From Dendrobates tinctorius (lineage: Eukaryota), in the NCBI RefSeq assembly GCF_039654945.1, contig NW_027361863.1, positions 9,362,001-9,426,000 on the forward strand: DNA of 64,000 nt, in the 5' to 3' direction. The notes under the pieces are model-generated. The model was given only the letters and a program-made list of their open reading frames with translations. It was not told the origin of the DNA and made no database searches. Both the position numbers and the translations under genes were made by a program. This document shows, one piece after another, positions 1-13,095 of this stretch (position 1 is its first letter; every line of letters starts with the position of its first letter).

Positions 1-597
1 GACTGGCACAAGGTAGAGGCCTTGGTGTAACGATTGGTGAGGAATATGATCCTGGCTGCAGCATTCAAGACAGATTGGAGGGGAGAGTTTGGTAAGAGGG
101 AGACCGATTAGAAGAGAGTTACAATAGTCGAGACGAGAATGAATAAGAGAAACAGTAAGAGTTTTTGCGGAGTCAAAAGTAAGAAAAGGTCGAATTCTAG
201 AAATGTTTTTGAGGTGCAGATAACAAGAGCGAGCCAGTGATCGAATGTGGGGGGCAAAGGAAAGCTCGGAGTCAAGTATGACCCCAAGACAGCGGGCATG
301 TTGCTGGAGAGTAATAGTGGAGCCACACACGGAAATGGCAATGTCGGGTATAGGTACATTAGTAGCGGGAGAAACACAAGGAGTTCAGTCTTTGACAGGT
401 TCAGTTTCAGATATAGTGAGGACATGATGTTAGACACAGCGTTTAGACAATCGCCGGTGTTTTCTAGAAAGGCTGGCGTGATGTCAGGAGAGGAAGCGTA
501 TAATTGGGTGTCATCAGCATAGAAATGGTACTGGAAACCAAATCTACTGATTGTATACTGCCCCTATTGGTCAAACAAAGAGAAGAGGAGGGGGCCT
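1..597 (-). mobile_element. L2 (CR1/L2 clade) LINE fragment, RT region, runs off window start
   Basis: Reverse complement is near-identical to ~7591-8190 of the L2 copy below (YADDTQLY...[11 protein letters not shown]...SRLDYCN region). Confidence 0.9.
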
Positions 598-803
598 CTT
601 TTCTGGCCACTGTGCATCCCCCACTGCTTGCCAGAATGACGAACCTGTGTGAGGAGTTGAACAAAAAAGGTCACCCCTTTCAGGCAATCGGTGGGGGGTC
701 GAGTGGATAGTTCGTAATTTATGTAAATCAGAATACACTTTTACACTTGATTTACACAAGTCTGGACAATCACTAAGAATGACTCCACAAGGTAAGAAAA
801 GTA

Positions 804-1008
804 CAGGGTGGGCCATTTATATGGATACACCTGGGTGGGCCATTTATAAAGTTGGATCCAAAATGGCCGACTTCAAAATGGCCGCCATGGTCACCACCCA
901 TCTTCCAAAGTTTTCCCCTCCCATATACTAATGTGCCACAAACAGGAAGTTGATATCACCAACCATTCCCATTTTATTTAGGTGTATCCATATAAATGGC
1001 CCACCCTG
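804..1008. mobile_element. Tc1/mariner-type MITE
   Basis: TIRs cagggtgggccatttatatggatacacc / ggtgtatccatataaatggcccaccctg; TA on both sides. Confidence 0.85.
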
Positions 1009-1255
1009 TACGCAGAGCGTCTAGGCGAGACAATATATAAGACCCAAAAATTATGGAGGTTGATAAACGTAAAGGATTATCCACCTAGGAAAAAGTATTT
1101 TAAAATCACAATGTTATAAAATACCAATTGAAGTCCTTCTAAGGCTGGTTTCACACTAGCGTTTTATCGCGCGGCGCACGCGATTTGAGTAAACAATGTC
1201 TAGACACTTGTTTAAACCTCCCCTAAACAAGCAACATTGTTTGGGAGGAGTGTTA

Positions 1256-1498
1256 GGCCTGTTTCACACTTCCGTTTTTGTGTCCGCCAAACGGATCCGT
1301 TTCCGTTTTTTTGACGGAAACTGATGCAAACGGATCCGTTTTAAAAAAACGGATCCGTTTTTTTGACGGATCCGCGGTAACCGCTAATGGAAGTCTATGG
1401 GACAAAAAAACGGATCCTGCAAAAAATGGCGGATCCGTTTTTTTACGGAAACCAACGGATTTTGACGGATTTGAAAAAACGGAAGTGTGAAACAGGCC
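1256..1498. mobile_element. Harbinger-type MITE (palindromic, aacggatccgtt internal repeats)
   Basis: TIR ggcctgtttcacacttccg / cggaagtgtgaaacaggcc; TTA TSD on both sides. Confidence 0.9.
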
Positions 1499-1689
1499 TT
1501 AATAAGAAGGTGTCTTCAGGGCCAGACCAATACTCTACAGACAGCCTTGAAGAGACCAGACAAGAACATAGAAGAGACTTCCAACTGTGGATTCAAGCTT
1601 CAGCAGCCAAAATGTGAGTATTCTTCAACATGTCTGTGTGTCCTGTACAATTTATTATGTACTAATGTATTTTTTGTTTAAATTTCAGC

Positions 1690-3910
1690 ATGTCTTCTTC
1701 TGGATCGACCTATTCGCCATCTCGGCAAGAAGTGGCCCAAGCAGATCGAGAGGTGAGACTCTTGCTGCCTTTGGGTAAGTTTAGCTGCTGCATCTAGAAA
1801 TGTGTAATAATTTTTTTTTCTTTACAGACATCGGGCAGTGAAGGTGAAGTGCGGGAGCAGTCTGAGCGGGAGCAGGCTAGCCAAGTCGCGGCGAGGAGAC
1901 GCAATGTAAGTATAGAGTCATTCAAATTTTTTTTTTTCTGTCTTTATTTTCATCTTCTATATTGCTTCTTCTCAGTTTCTTTTTCTATCTTTTTCATTCT
2001 CCAAAATTACAAAGATTCTAATTTTTTTTTTATTTTTTTCTATGTATCACAACGGGATGACGAAGACGTTTACATCGACAACGAGCACCTGATCCGCCTT
2101 GTTGAGGAGCGTATCCCGTTGTGGGACAGCCGTGACCAGCAGTACAAATACACAGTGGTGTCCCGGCAGCTCGGTAATAAGGTGGCCGCAGAGATGATGG
2201 ATGGCTGGGACAGCGCCTCTGCAGCTTCAAAAAGGGCGTTCAGTAAGTATAAAGATGCTCTGTGATACTGCATTTTATTTTTGGTCCTGATGGTAGTGGT
2301 GTGTTTGTTGCAAGATATATTCTTGCATCAAACACACCAATGCCTTCTGGAAAAACAGTGATTGCTTTGTGTATTGAACTGCTGTCTTGAATCTGGTTTT
2401 ATTTTTGGTCCTGATGGTACAGGTGTGTTTGTGGCAAGATATATTCTTGCATCAAACACACCAATGTCTTCTGGAAAAACAGTGTTTGCTTTGTGTATTG
2501 AACTGCTGTCTTGAATCTGGTTTTATTTTTGGTCCTGATGGTACAGGTGTGTTTGTGACAAGATATATTCTTACATCAAACACACCAATGCCTTCTGGAA
2601 AAACAGTGATTGCTTTGTGTATTGAACTGCAGTATTGATCTTGCTTTCACTCTTGCTCCTGATGATACTGTTGTGTTTGCTGCTAGATATATTCTATATT
2701 CCAGCGGCAGAGGGCCTTGGACAGGCCTGTCTTGCACCAGTTTATGCACTTGAGCGAGGCCTTTCATGCCAGCCTCAAGTCGCTGTCCGACAGAGTGGAA
2801 GGCGGTTTTTCACTCATGGAACATGGTTTTAACCACATGGAACACCGCTTCCACTCTGTCGACCAGCATTTCGAGCGTCTGGAGGCCGACCTCAACAGAC
2901 CAGCGCACCATTTTTTCAGTAAAATTGAACAGGGCATGGCGGAACACCTTAGTCATGAGCAACAGCTGCGTGTGTTTCAGGCCTGCAACACTGCTTACTT
3001 GCAGGCTATGCAGCAGAATCGGTATGTGCAGCAGTCAGTGGTTTCATTTCCAACAGTGCCACCGCTGACTCGCTACACCTCCCTACCGACTTCTGCTGCA
3101 TACCACTGCACGGCCACCTGCATTCCCAGCGGAGCCGGACACCACTACACCACCCCAAGTCCGAATGCTGCCGGACACTCCGCCGCCGCCACCACCACTA
3201 CGGCAAGCGCTGCTCCTGTATGGAGCACCACCACCGCCACTGCACCACCTGCTTGGAGCAATGCCACCACAGAACCTGCTTGGGCTACCAACACCTATTA
3301 TTATGTTCAGAGTACTGCCACCATTTCTCCGTCTAGGAGCACCGACACCACCACTCAACATCATCAAAGGAGCACCGCCAGCACTACTCATCAAAGGAGC
3401 ACAGCCAGCACTCCTCATCAAAGGAGCACAGCCAGCACTCCTCATCAAAGGAGCACCGCCACCACTCCTCATCCAAAGAGCACCGCCACCAATTCTTCTC
3501 CTAGGAGTCCTGCCAGAACCTCTCCTGCTCGGATCACCGACACGTATCCTCCTTCTAGGAGCACGGACACGACTTTGTCTCCAAAGATCACCGCCACCGC
3601 GACTTCTTTGAGCACCGACACGAGTTTGTCTCCTTGTATCACCTCCACCGCCGCCACTTCTATGAGCACCGACACAACTTTGTCTCCTTCTAGGAGCACC
3701 GCCACTGCCACTCCTAGGAGCACCGCCACCGCAGAGCATCAGAGGGGTGACCCACATTCCCTTTTTCAGGTCAACGCCACGGTCCACCAGCTCAAGGAGG
3801 TCGAGCAATGTAAGGCGGTCACACAGTGGAAGTCGGTCCAGTCAGGATACTCCTACGCCAAAGAAAAAAAAAAAAAAGACTTTGTTTGTCCATCCACCCT
3901 CTCCTCTTAA
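1690..3910 (+). pseudogene. Harbinger accessory Myb/SANT-like (MADF) gene, multi-exon, decayed
   Basis: Exons 1690-1752, 1828-1905 and ~2044-2243 (IDNEHLIRLVEERIPLWDSRD, MADF N-terminus; its acceptor reads tat instead of tag), then a last exon from ~2705 with a Thr/Ser/Pro-rich tail. The exon carrying the WxSxRDRF helix appears to be missing. Confidence 0.7.
2273..2635. repeat. ~124-bp tandem repeat, about 3 copies, in the MADF intron
   Basis: ttttggtcctgatggta...gtattgaactgc recurs three times. Confidence 0.85.
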
Positions 3911-4183
3911 TGTGTCTCAACCTGCCTCCATGTCCATTGCAGAGCTCCCTTCCCCCAATACTTTCGTCGCCCCTTCTTCGAGAACCCCTTCCTCAACCTC
4001 CAGCCGTTCCTCGTCTCTCCACACCCCCAAAGTATCCCAATCCCCCCCCAAATGTCATTCCTAATAAAATCTTTTCTTTTTTTTTTTTTTGTGGAAAAAT
4101 AAATGTGCAATTCTGCTTTCAAAAAATTTGGTTTGATTACTGTGTCAATCGCCGACTACACACACTGCGCCGTACACTTAGCG

Positions 4184-4862
4184 TTTTTGACACCAGATAT
4201 CTCCATTACTGAGACATGTTTCTTGTGTCAGTCTTGGAGATATGTGTGTTGTCAAAAAAACAAATCTATATGACTTGTATTTTCCACAACAGTCTCTACA
4301 TTCTTCTAATATTGCACAGACTGGATCCAGCAGGGTTCCCCAAATCCAGTCCTCAAGGTCCAACAAAAGATCATGTTGTAAGGAAATCCATTTTTTTGGC
4401 TCATGTGAAGCAGTTATCAACGGAGCAATGGAATTCCATACAACATGATCTGTTGGTGGTCCTTGAGGACTGGATTTGGGGAACCCTGCTCGATTCAGTC
4501 TGTGCAATATTAGAATAATGTAGAGACTGGTGTGGAAAATACAAGTCATATAGATTTGTTTTTTTGACAACAAATATGCCCAAGACTGACACAAGAAACA
4601 TGTCTCAGTAATGGAGATATCTGGTGTCAAAAAACAAATCTATGTGACTTGTATTTTCAGCACCAGTCTCTTCAGTCATATAATATTGTACAGACTGAAT
4701 CGAGCAGGGTTCCCCAACTCCAGTCCTCAAGGCCAACAAACAAATCATGTTTTAAGGAATTCCATTAGTCCGGTGATAACTGCTTCACCTGACCCAAAAA
4801 AAAGAAAATCCTTAAAACATGATCTGTTGGTGGACATTTAGGAATAGATTTTGGAAACCCTG
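4184..4862. repeat. ~450-bp palindrome centred on an hAT-like MITE (4331-4488), plus a partial tandem copy
   Basis: tttttgacaccagatatctcc...ggagatatctggtgtcaaaaa; core cagggttccccaaatcc...ggggaaccctg. Confidence 0.8.
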
Positions 4863-6074
4863 GCATAGAGGATGGTGTTGAGTGCAAGGCATATCTATTG
4901 TTACCTTGCCATTTTTTTTTTGTTACCATCATCATTTAACTATTTTTGAGACAAGGCAAGGGGATTGTAGATATACCTAGTAATTAACAACATACTCTAT
5001 TTAAGTGTGTGGAATAAACTGATGACCTGATGGTGAAAATAAATGTTATATTTACTTCACCAATACCCTGGCCTTGTATCATCATCACTATCACACCTGG
5101 GCAGGTGAATACACATGAGTTTTAACCTGCAGCGTTGCTTAAGTCTCCATATATTTGAAGCAGACTGTATAGATGCTGCAGTTTAAGTAATATGTGTATT
5201 GTAATGCCCATGCGTGATAACTTTGTGAACTCAATATGCGTTATACACCAGGCCTAGGTATGGTAGAAGTTGTATAAACTCTATTATGTCTCCAGTGTGC
5301 GTTCAAACTCAAGCCACAGTGGTGATCCTACAAATAATATTGTTAGGAATGACGGAACGCACTAAATAAAAATAATAAAGTGCGTTCGCCGCTCGGGGTC
5401 CACCGTGCAGTAGGTGATATATAACCGCTGCTAAGTGGTGACAGGAGCAATATGGCGGAAAAGCGCTCAGGGTTAAACTTCACCCAAGTGCGCAGAGCAA
5501 TCTCAGTTAATTCACAGAGATGCCAAATAAGTACAAACCCAAAAGACTGAGCATGTTGAGGTCACAGTACTCAGTAAAAACGCATACATGGTATCAGGTC
5601 ACAGGAGTAGCCCAAGACGGCGGCACTACGTCCGTCTAGACCTACCGTCTGTGCGGCGTCGCAACTGCGGACGCAAAGGGGCTGCTACTGCAGCGCGGCG
5701 TGGACAATGCCGCTAAACGACAAAGCTATGACGCAAGCGCAATGTCGGACGCTAGCAGCTCCTCATGTTGCAGCAGAGGAGCGCTGGCTCTAACTCAGTC
5801 CCTAACCACATACGTAATATCAGAGGGAAGGGGTTTTTTAATGAGTTATTGACCAGAATCATACATCCGTCCTCATACACACAGCAGCAAGTAAGTCTAT
5901 ACTAGTGCATGGCGGAACAGCCATGCACGCCTTTTATAGCAGCCGGGACCTTCCACAAGCTTCCAGATCTCTGAGATGGACCAATGAGATCTGGAGTGGG
6001 ACCTGAGCACGACTCCCGATCTCCAATGGGAGATCGTCCCATGAGCATGCTCAATAGGAGGACAGAAGGACTTA

Positions 6075-9019
6075 AGCCCCAGTTACACATAGCGATATCG
6101 CTAGCAATATCGCTATAAAGTCACCGATTTTGTGACGTAGCAGCGATATTGCTAGCGATATCGCTACATGTGATACTTACCCCCGACAGGCTCCCCCGCT
6201 GGTTATCGCTGATCGCGCGAAAACGTCCTGGACCATTTCTCGTCGTCAGCTTCCTGCTGGGCTTCCTGTGGCGCCGACGAGCGACGCGAGGACGTCAGGA
6301 TCGCCGCATCTGACGCATCATTGGGGGACACAGCACCCTCCCATGTTTTACAGCTCCTGTTCTTACTTTGGTTGAATGGTTACAGTTGAGTTGTTTATGT
6401 TGTCAACCTATTCTGTTACTTCTCCTACTGCTTTCTCACTAACCGAGGAATTCTCTGCCGGTCGGTGGGGTGTACACTGCGGAGGAGGAGCTAACCTTTT
6501 TTTGTGCATAGTGTCAGCCTCCTAGTGGCAGCAGCATACACATACTTACACACAGACGGCGACAACCCTGGCACACGGTGCAAACACGTTTCCTGCAGCG
6601 GTGCTCCAGGTGCGCCGAACGTCTGTGGAGAAAATCCAATCTACACGAAGATTTCATCCATTTTAAGTTTATACTTAGAACATACAACACTGCCCTTTAC
6701 CTCTCCAAACAAACCTATTTCAACACCCTCATCACCTCACTGTCCAATAACCCGAAACGTCTCTTTGACACTTTTCATTCTCTACTCAATCCAAGAGTAC
6801 AGGCCCCAACCACGGAGCTCCGAGCTGACGATCTGGCCAATTACTTCAAAGAAAAAATTGACCAGATCCGACAGGAAATTATCTCCAAATCCCCTCATAC
6901 CATGCACTGTCCTCCCTCCACCACTGCATCTAACTCACTCTCTGATTTTGAACCAGTCACAGAAGAAGAAGTAAGCAGGCTCCTTGCATCTTCTCGCCCA
7001 ACTACTTGCACCAGTGACCCATTTCCGTCACATCTCCTCCAGTCCCTTTCCCCTGCTGTCACCCCTCACCTAACTAAAATATTTAACCTCTCTCTCTCTT
7101 CTGGTATTTTTCCCTCCTCATTTAAGCATGCCATCATACATCCACTACTTAAAAAACCATCCCTCGACCAAAACTGTGCCGCTAACTATAGACCTGTCTC
7201 TAATCTTCCCTTCATGTCTAAACTCCTGGAACGCCTTATCCACTCCCGTCTTATCCGCTATCTCTCAGAAAACTCTGTTCTCGACCCTCTCCAATCCGGT
7301 TTCCGCTCTTTACACTCCACTGAAACTGCCCTCACTAAAGTCTTTAATGATCTGCTAACAGCTAAATCAAATGGTCATTACTCCATGCTAATTCTCTTGG
7401 ATCTCTCTGCAGCATTCGACACTGTGGATCATCAGCTCCTCCTCACTATGCTCCATTCCATTGGCCTCAAGGACACCGTTCTCTCCTGGTTCTCCTCCTA
7501 TCTCTCCGACCGCTCCTTTACTGTTTCTTTTGCCGGTTCCTCCTCCTCTCACCTTCCCCTTACTGTTGGGGTTCCTCAAGGATCGGTTCTAGGCCCCCTC
7601 CTCTTCTCCTTGTACACTGCCCCTATTGGTCAAACAATCAGTAGATTTGGTTTCCAGTACCATCTCTATGCTGATGACACCCAATTATACGCTTCTTCTC
7701 CTGACATCACGCCAGCCTTTCTAGAAAACACTGGCGATTGTGTAAACGCTGTGTCTAACATCATGTCCTCACTATATCTGAAACTGAACCTGTCAAAGAC
7801 TGAACTCCTGGTGTTTCCTCCCTCTACTAATGTACCTATACCCGACATTGCTATTTCTGTGTGTGGTTCCACTATTACTCCCCAGCAACAGGCCCGCTGT
7901 CTTGGGGTCATACTTGATTCCGAGCTTTCCTTTGCCCCCCACATTCGATCACTGGCTTGCTCTTGTCATCTGCACCTCAAAAACATTTCTAGAATTCGAC
8001 CTTTTCTTACTTTTGACTCTGCAAAAACTCTTACTGTTTCTCTTATTCATTCTCGTCTCGACTATTGTAACTCTCTTCTAATCGGTCTCCCTCTTACCAA
8101 ACTCTCCCCTCTCCAATCTGTCTTGAATGCTGCAGCCAGGATCATATTCCTCACCAATCGTTACACCGATGCCTCTACCTTGTGCCAGTCATTACACTGG
8201 CTACCCATCCACTCCAGAATTCAGTATAAACTTATTACCCTCACCCACAAAGCCCTCCATGGCTCAGCACCACCCTACATCTTATCCCTTGTTTCAGTAT
8301 ACCACCCTACCCGCGCCCTCCGTTCTGCTGATGACCTGAGGTTGGTATCCTCAATAGTCAGAACCTCCCACTCCCGTCTCCAAGACTTTACACGTGCCGC
8401 GCCAATTCTTTGGAATGCACATCCCAGGTCAATACGATTAGTCCCCAATCCCCACAATTTTAAGCGTGTCCTGAAAACGCATTTATTCAGACTGGCCTAT
8501 CGCCTCAACACATTAACCTAACCTATCCCTGTGTGGCAGAGCCAAAAGTTTTACCATAACCAGGTTCCCAGCATCATGTTCCCACATGCTTTATGCATCC
8601 ATTAGCCCTCTGTGTCTGTACTGTTACACACTTAACATTATGGCTGGTCCATACAATCAGCGCAACTGTTACCACCCACCTTTCGTGTCTACCTCTTTCC
8701 TTATAGACTGTAAGCTTGCGAGCAGGGCCCTCATTCCTCTTGTTATTTGTTATAATCTACTGTACGTGATTATTGTTATGCTGTAATGTCTATTGTCTGT
8801 ACAAATCCCCTCTGAAATGTAAAGTGCTGCGGAATATGTCGGCGCTATAAAAATAAAATGTATTATTATTATCTGACAGGTAAGTAGCGACCACCGACCC
8901 CAGCGATGTCGCTGGTGAGATCTGCCTGTGTGGCAGCTCACTAGCGACCACTTAGCGATGCACCAGGGATCCATATCGTTGTCGGGATCGCTGGTGCATC
9001 GCTAATTGTAACGGTACCC
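6075..9019. mobile_element. Harbinger-type MITE (agcgatatcgct family) interrupted by an L2 insertion
   Basis: TTA TSD; collinear with the copy at 30197-31219. Confidence 0.8.
6545..8870 (+). mobile_element. 5'-truncated L2 LINE with an open 647-aa RT frame (6578-8521), 3' UTR and (TAT)n tail
   Basis: [35 protein letters not shown] and SRLDYCN motifs; L2-type 3' end aaagtgctgcggaatatgtcggcgctata followed by tattattatt. Confidence 0.95.
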
Positions 9020-9493
9020 TTAACCTCAGGAGAGATTTGCTGCAAGACAATCTCCTCTGCAGTAGATAAACAGCAGGAGACTGCAGAATGTGAGGATCTG
9101 GATCCCTGCGGAGTAAACGCAGAAATCCGACACCTAACAAATATTTATAGTCACATGCTTTGGTGTAATAAAAAGTAAAGGATGCCAGTGCATCAACAAT
9201 TTTTTTTTTTTTTTTAAATTGGCCCATGTGACAAAAATATTAGTTGTATTTTCTCCACCGTCGCTGCTAATTGAACACACTGTCGAGATGATACCGGTCA
9301 TACAACTTGTGTGTGTATGTATAGTCACCTGGTCAGGAGTACTAGTAAATTCATGATGCACAAAACACAGCATCATAATTTCACTGGTACACCTGGCGAG
9401 TTGATAATACTATTGGGAGTGTAAAAAGACATAATGCACTCAGGACAGGTATCAAAACATTGTTTTATTAACCCAACAACAAGAAATTTTTTT

Positions 9494-10460
9494 TTATACC
9501 ATTTGCTCTTGCCATTCCACCCGGCCTACATCCAAGATGAAGTAGGCCGCAAATTGGTCCCTCATTTGGCCAACTTCAACCGATGACCTGAGAGGGTGCT
9601 GAGTAAATTCACGCAATGGGTTAGGAGCAACATCATCAAGATCTAAGTTCGGGTGCTCTCTAACCATGACAAAATTATGTAGAACCACACAGGCCTTCAC
9701 CACCTCATCCACTCTTTCCAGTTTTAGATTAATGGCTGTGGCGAGAATGCGCCATCTGGAGACAAGAATATCGAAGGCACACTCTACTGTTCTTGTGGCC
9801 CTGGTCAGCCTGTAATTAAAAATTCTTTTGGTGTGGTCCAAGTTCCGGCTGGAGTAGGGCTTGAGCATGTTTTGGCAAATCTGGAATGCTTCATCACCAA
9901 CCATTACAAAGGGCTGTGGCGGACCTTCGGTGTTGGGAAGACGCCGTGGCATGGGAAAATTAAATTGGTTGCCGTACAATCTCCTGCCCATGTCAGAGTT
10001 CTTAAAGGCCTGGGAGTCATTCCCACGGCCAAACGCCCCAATGTCCACTGCTACAAACATACAGTCTGCAACCGAAATGGCCATGAGTACTGTAGAAAAG
10101 TACTTTTTATAGTTGTAGTACTCCGATCCAGTTCTTTTGGATGTGTTTCCCATCCACCGCTCCCAAACAGTTGGGGAAATTGCAGACTGTCCAGAATTTT
10201 TCGGCGATTTCCAACCACTTTTCTGCGGTGGGCAGGGGCATGAATTCTGGACAAAGAACGCTACAATTACAGACAAGGTGGATATTCCAATACGGTACTG
10301 GAAGTGGAGTGAAGAGAGGGTCTCTCCAGTAGCCAGGAATCTGGGAAACAAAGAAAAAACAACAATTATTACTTCTGTATATGGATTTTTAAAACACCAA
10401 CAATAAATAAAAAAAAAAAGTTAATAAAAATTCATCTGCAGCCTTTTGTTCATTGCATGC

Positions 10461-10495
<35 letters not shown>

Positions 10496-10950
10496 GCAGC
10501 TCTTTGTTAGATACATGGCAGAACTATAATTCTGCCAGATTTGTAATAGTACATGTCACAACAAAGAAAATTCTGCAGGCATTGGTTTTGCAATACTATG
10601 TACCGTAATGTAACCAGTAGCCGTTCCTCAGGAGGAATCGCACGCCGGAGCTGCGTGTCCTGTCTCCGGATGACTTCTTGGACCCGACCAAGCAAATCGT
10701 TAAAGCTTTGTTGGGTCGTCCGGGTATAATCTGTAAATTTCTCCGGGTTTGTGTGTAGCTCACTGTAGAGGGTGTGGTACGCTCCACGTTTCTCCCGGAG
10801 TTCAAGAATCGGATGTATCCACAAAAGCCACCGCTGCCGTCTTCGCTGCCTCTTTCTCTCCCTCTGTTCATGGCAAGCAACGGCATAAACCTGAGCCGTC
10901 CTCATGTCCAGATCCAAGTCAAAGTAAAAACTCTTCCAGCGCAGATCCAT
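9494..10950 (-). pseudogene. Harbinger (HARBI1-like) DDE transposase, 2 exons (10950-10604, 10340-9494), disrupted
   Basis: LRRAIPPEERLLVTLR/FLATGE, YYNYKKYFS, VGDEAF, FNYRL.RA.RTVECAF motifs; GT-AG intron in phase 2; the DGKH region is frameshifted or deleted. Confidence 0.9.
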
Positions 10951-12517
10951 GTTTCTCAAGGAAAATGCAAGCAAATGTGAAGAATTCAGCTGTAAACAGG
11001 GGCTAGATAAAGAATTTCCATAAGACACGCCCACTGCTGTCCCATTGGTGGAGTGTGTTGCAAGAATTTTTCAAGGATTTTTTCTCCTGTGAAAGTGACA
11101 TCATTGCGCATAAAAAATGCAAACGCATAAAAACGCTGCGATTTTTTGTCGTGATGCGCAGAAAAATGCTACAAAAAAACAGTGTTTGCACGTGCTTTTG
11201 ACATGCGTTTCATGTGCGCTCGATACGTTGCGCAAAAAAAGGCGCAAGTGTGAAAGTAGCCTTACTCCAACAGTCCCCGTCACTCCTATGGCGACTTTTT
11301 TTGAGCTCCTTGCTAGTCTCTACTTTGTGGTCTCTGTAGACATAAATATGTGACTGCTGCTGGAAGTTAATTGGCTGCAGCGCTGCAGTGATTGGCTGCA
11401 GCGCTTATATGTCTGGGTCAACAAGTCATTGCAGCGTGGAGTGGAGTGTTGGTGAAGAATTAAAAGGCTGAAAATTCAAATCCCGCAGATCACTTGAAAT
11501 TTGTCAGAAAATTGGAATTGTAGCAAATTGTTTCAGTGTAAATTACATTTATATAAAAAAAACCTCCAGACCTTAGAGCATAATAAAAGTAAAACTAAGA
11601 AAATTTACACCTTTCTCTGGCTCTCACCTTGTTTGCACAGCTCCCCCCACTTGGTCGTTCTTGTCTTCATTCACAGGCGGATGGTATTTTTCACCTTGGG
11701 GTCTGCCAGGTTTTCAACACTTCTGGGCCCGGTGGCACAAGCGATGTAATGATCCCGCATCAAGCTTAGACTGGTTAGATGATGACTGTGGAGAAAAGAG
11801 TACTGATTTTTTTTTTTTTTTTAACCTCTTTCTGAACACAGCAAAATTGCATCCGGGTGATGTTTTGCTGCATCTGTGAGAATGGAAAAAAAAAAATTGG
11901 ATTCCAGTGAATGCTATTTTTTGTAAAATACATGGAAGAATTTGATTCGCTGATCTCCACTAGCTGAGTCTGTCTTCATTGATTATTTTTTATCATTCTC
12001 AGAGGTTTTCAGAATCGTTTTCCGGCTGGACGACCCGATAAATCTGTGCATGAACCATCGTCCTCATGGTGGGCTGAGAAGCAATTCAGGGGTCACATTG
12101 ATCTGTGATGTTATAAAGGAGCTAAGTGTTCTGGTAATTACTCTTTCATGTCTTGCTTTTTAATCGTTCTGACAAACTACACTTGATTTTACGAGTACAA
12201 ACACATGGGCCATGCACACAGCAAACATGTCGGTAGGACAGTGTTCACACCACCAAGAGACTGAAACACAGAGAAACACAGTACAACAAACGTGAAAAAA
12301 CACTCTGATGTAAAAAAAAAAAAATCTAACAGTAAACAGCCAGTGCTAGTAAAAAGATGATAACAAAACGGTATTTACTTGATACATTTTTTGCTAATAA
12401 TGTATACTAAGCCACTCTACCAGATATCAAGGTATACCCATCAGAGCAGTTCGATCCAATGTATTTAAAACCTGACCATGTGAATAGTACCTATAAACAA
12501 ACAGAATAAACGAGTTA

Positions 12518-12953
12518 GGCAGGAGTCACACTAGCGAAAAAATCGGACGAATGCAATGCAAAAAAAAATCGCATTGCATTCGTCCCAATGTTATTCTATG
12601 GTGCAGCTCCCATCATCCGATTTTTTTGTCGGAACATTTCCTCGGACCGAGACAATCGCAGCATGCTGCTGATCGGACTCGCCAATGCAAGTCTATGAGT
12701 GCGATTAAAAATCGGATTACAAATACAAACAGACCACAAGTGTGACTTGCGATAAAATCGCAAGACTTCTCCAGGTCAACAGGAAAGAGCATCAGGCATT
12801 GGCATTGGATGTCAATTGGATGCTTACATGCGAATAAAATCGGTTCATCGCCGGAAATTCGGATGACAGATGGATCCCTGGACAAGAATTCTTTGTGCGA
12901 TTTCGTACCGTAAAAATCGGATTGATTTTTAATGGTTGTGTGTGACTCCGGCC
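12518..12953. mobile_element. Harbinger-type MITE
   Basis: ggcaggagtcacac / gtgtgactccggcc; TTA/TAA flanks. Confidence 0.75.
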
Positions 12954-13095
12954 TAACGAGGAAGGAACTGAAACTGTGAAAATGCTCTATATTGTGAATG
13001 AAACCTTCATCAAGTTGTGTGCCCGCTATTGACTATACATTATTCCCACCATTTTCCACCCCTCTCGTGAGCCATGCACATATAAAGACGTCTTA

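Larger units (their letters stand above)
5341..9139. mobile_element. Solo LTR (Gypsy-like) interrupted by a MITE and an L2
   Basis: Termini TGTTAGG...CCTAACA; 5-bp TSD AATAT (5336-5340 / 9140-9144). Confidence 0.75.
1143..11261. mobile_element. PIF/Harbinger DNA transposon (decayed, autonomous-type) with nested insertions
   Basis: Imperfect TIRs ggctggtttcacactagcg / cgcaagtgtgaaagtagcc flanked by TAA/TTA. Contains a MADF gene (+) and a DDE transposase (-) in convergent orientation. Confidence 0.8.

Noticed and set aside
9494-10950. Host HARBI1 gene
   Set aside because: It lies inside TIRs with a partner MADF gene and is disrupted, so it is a transposon copy.
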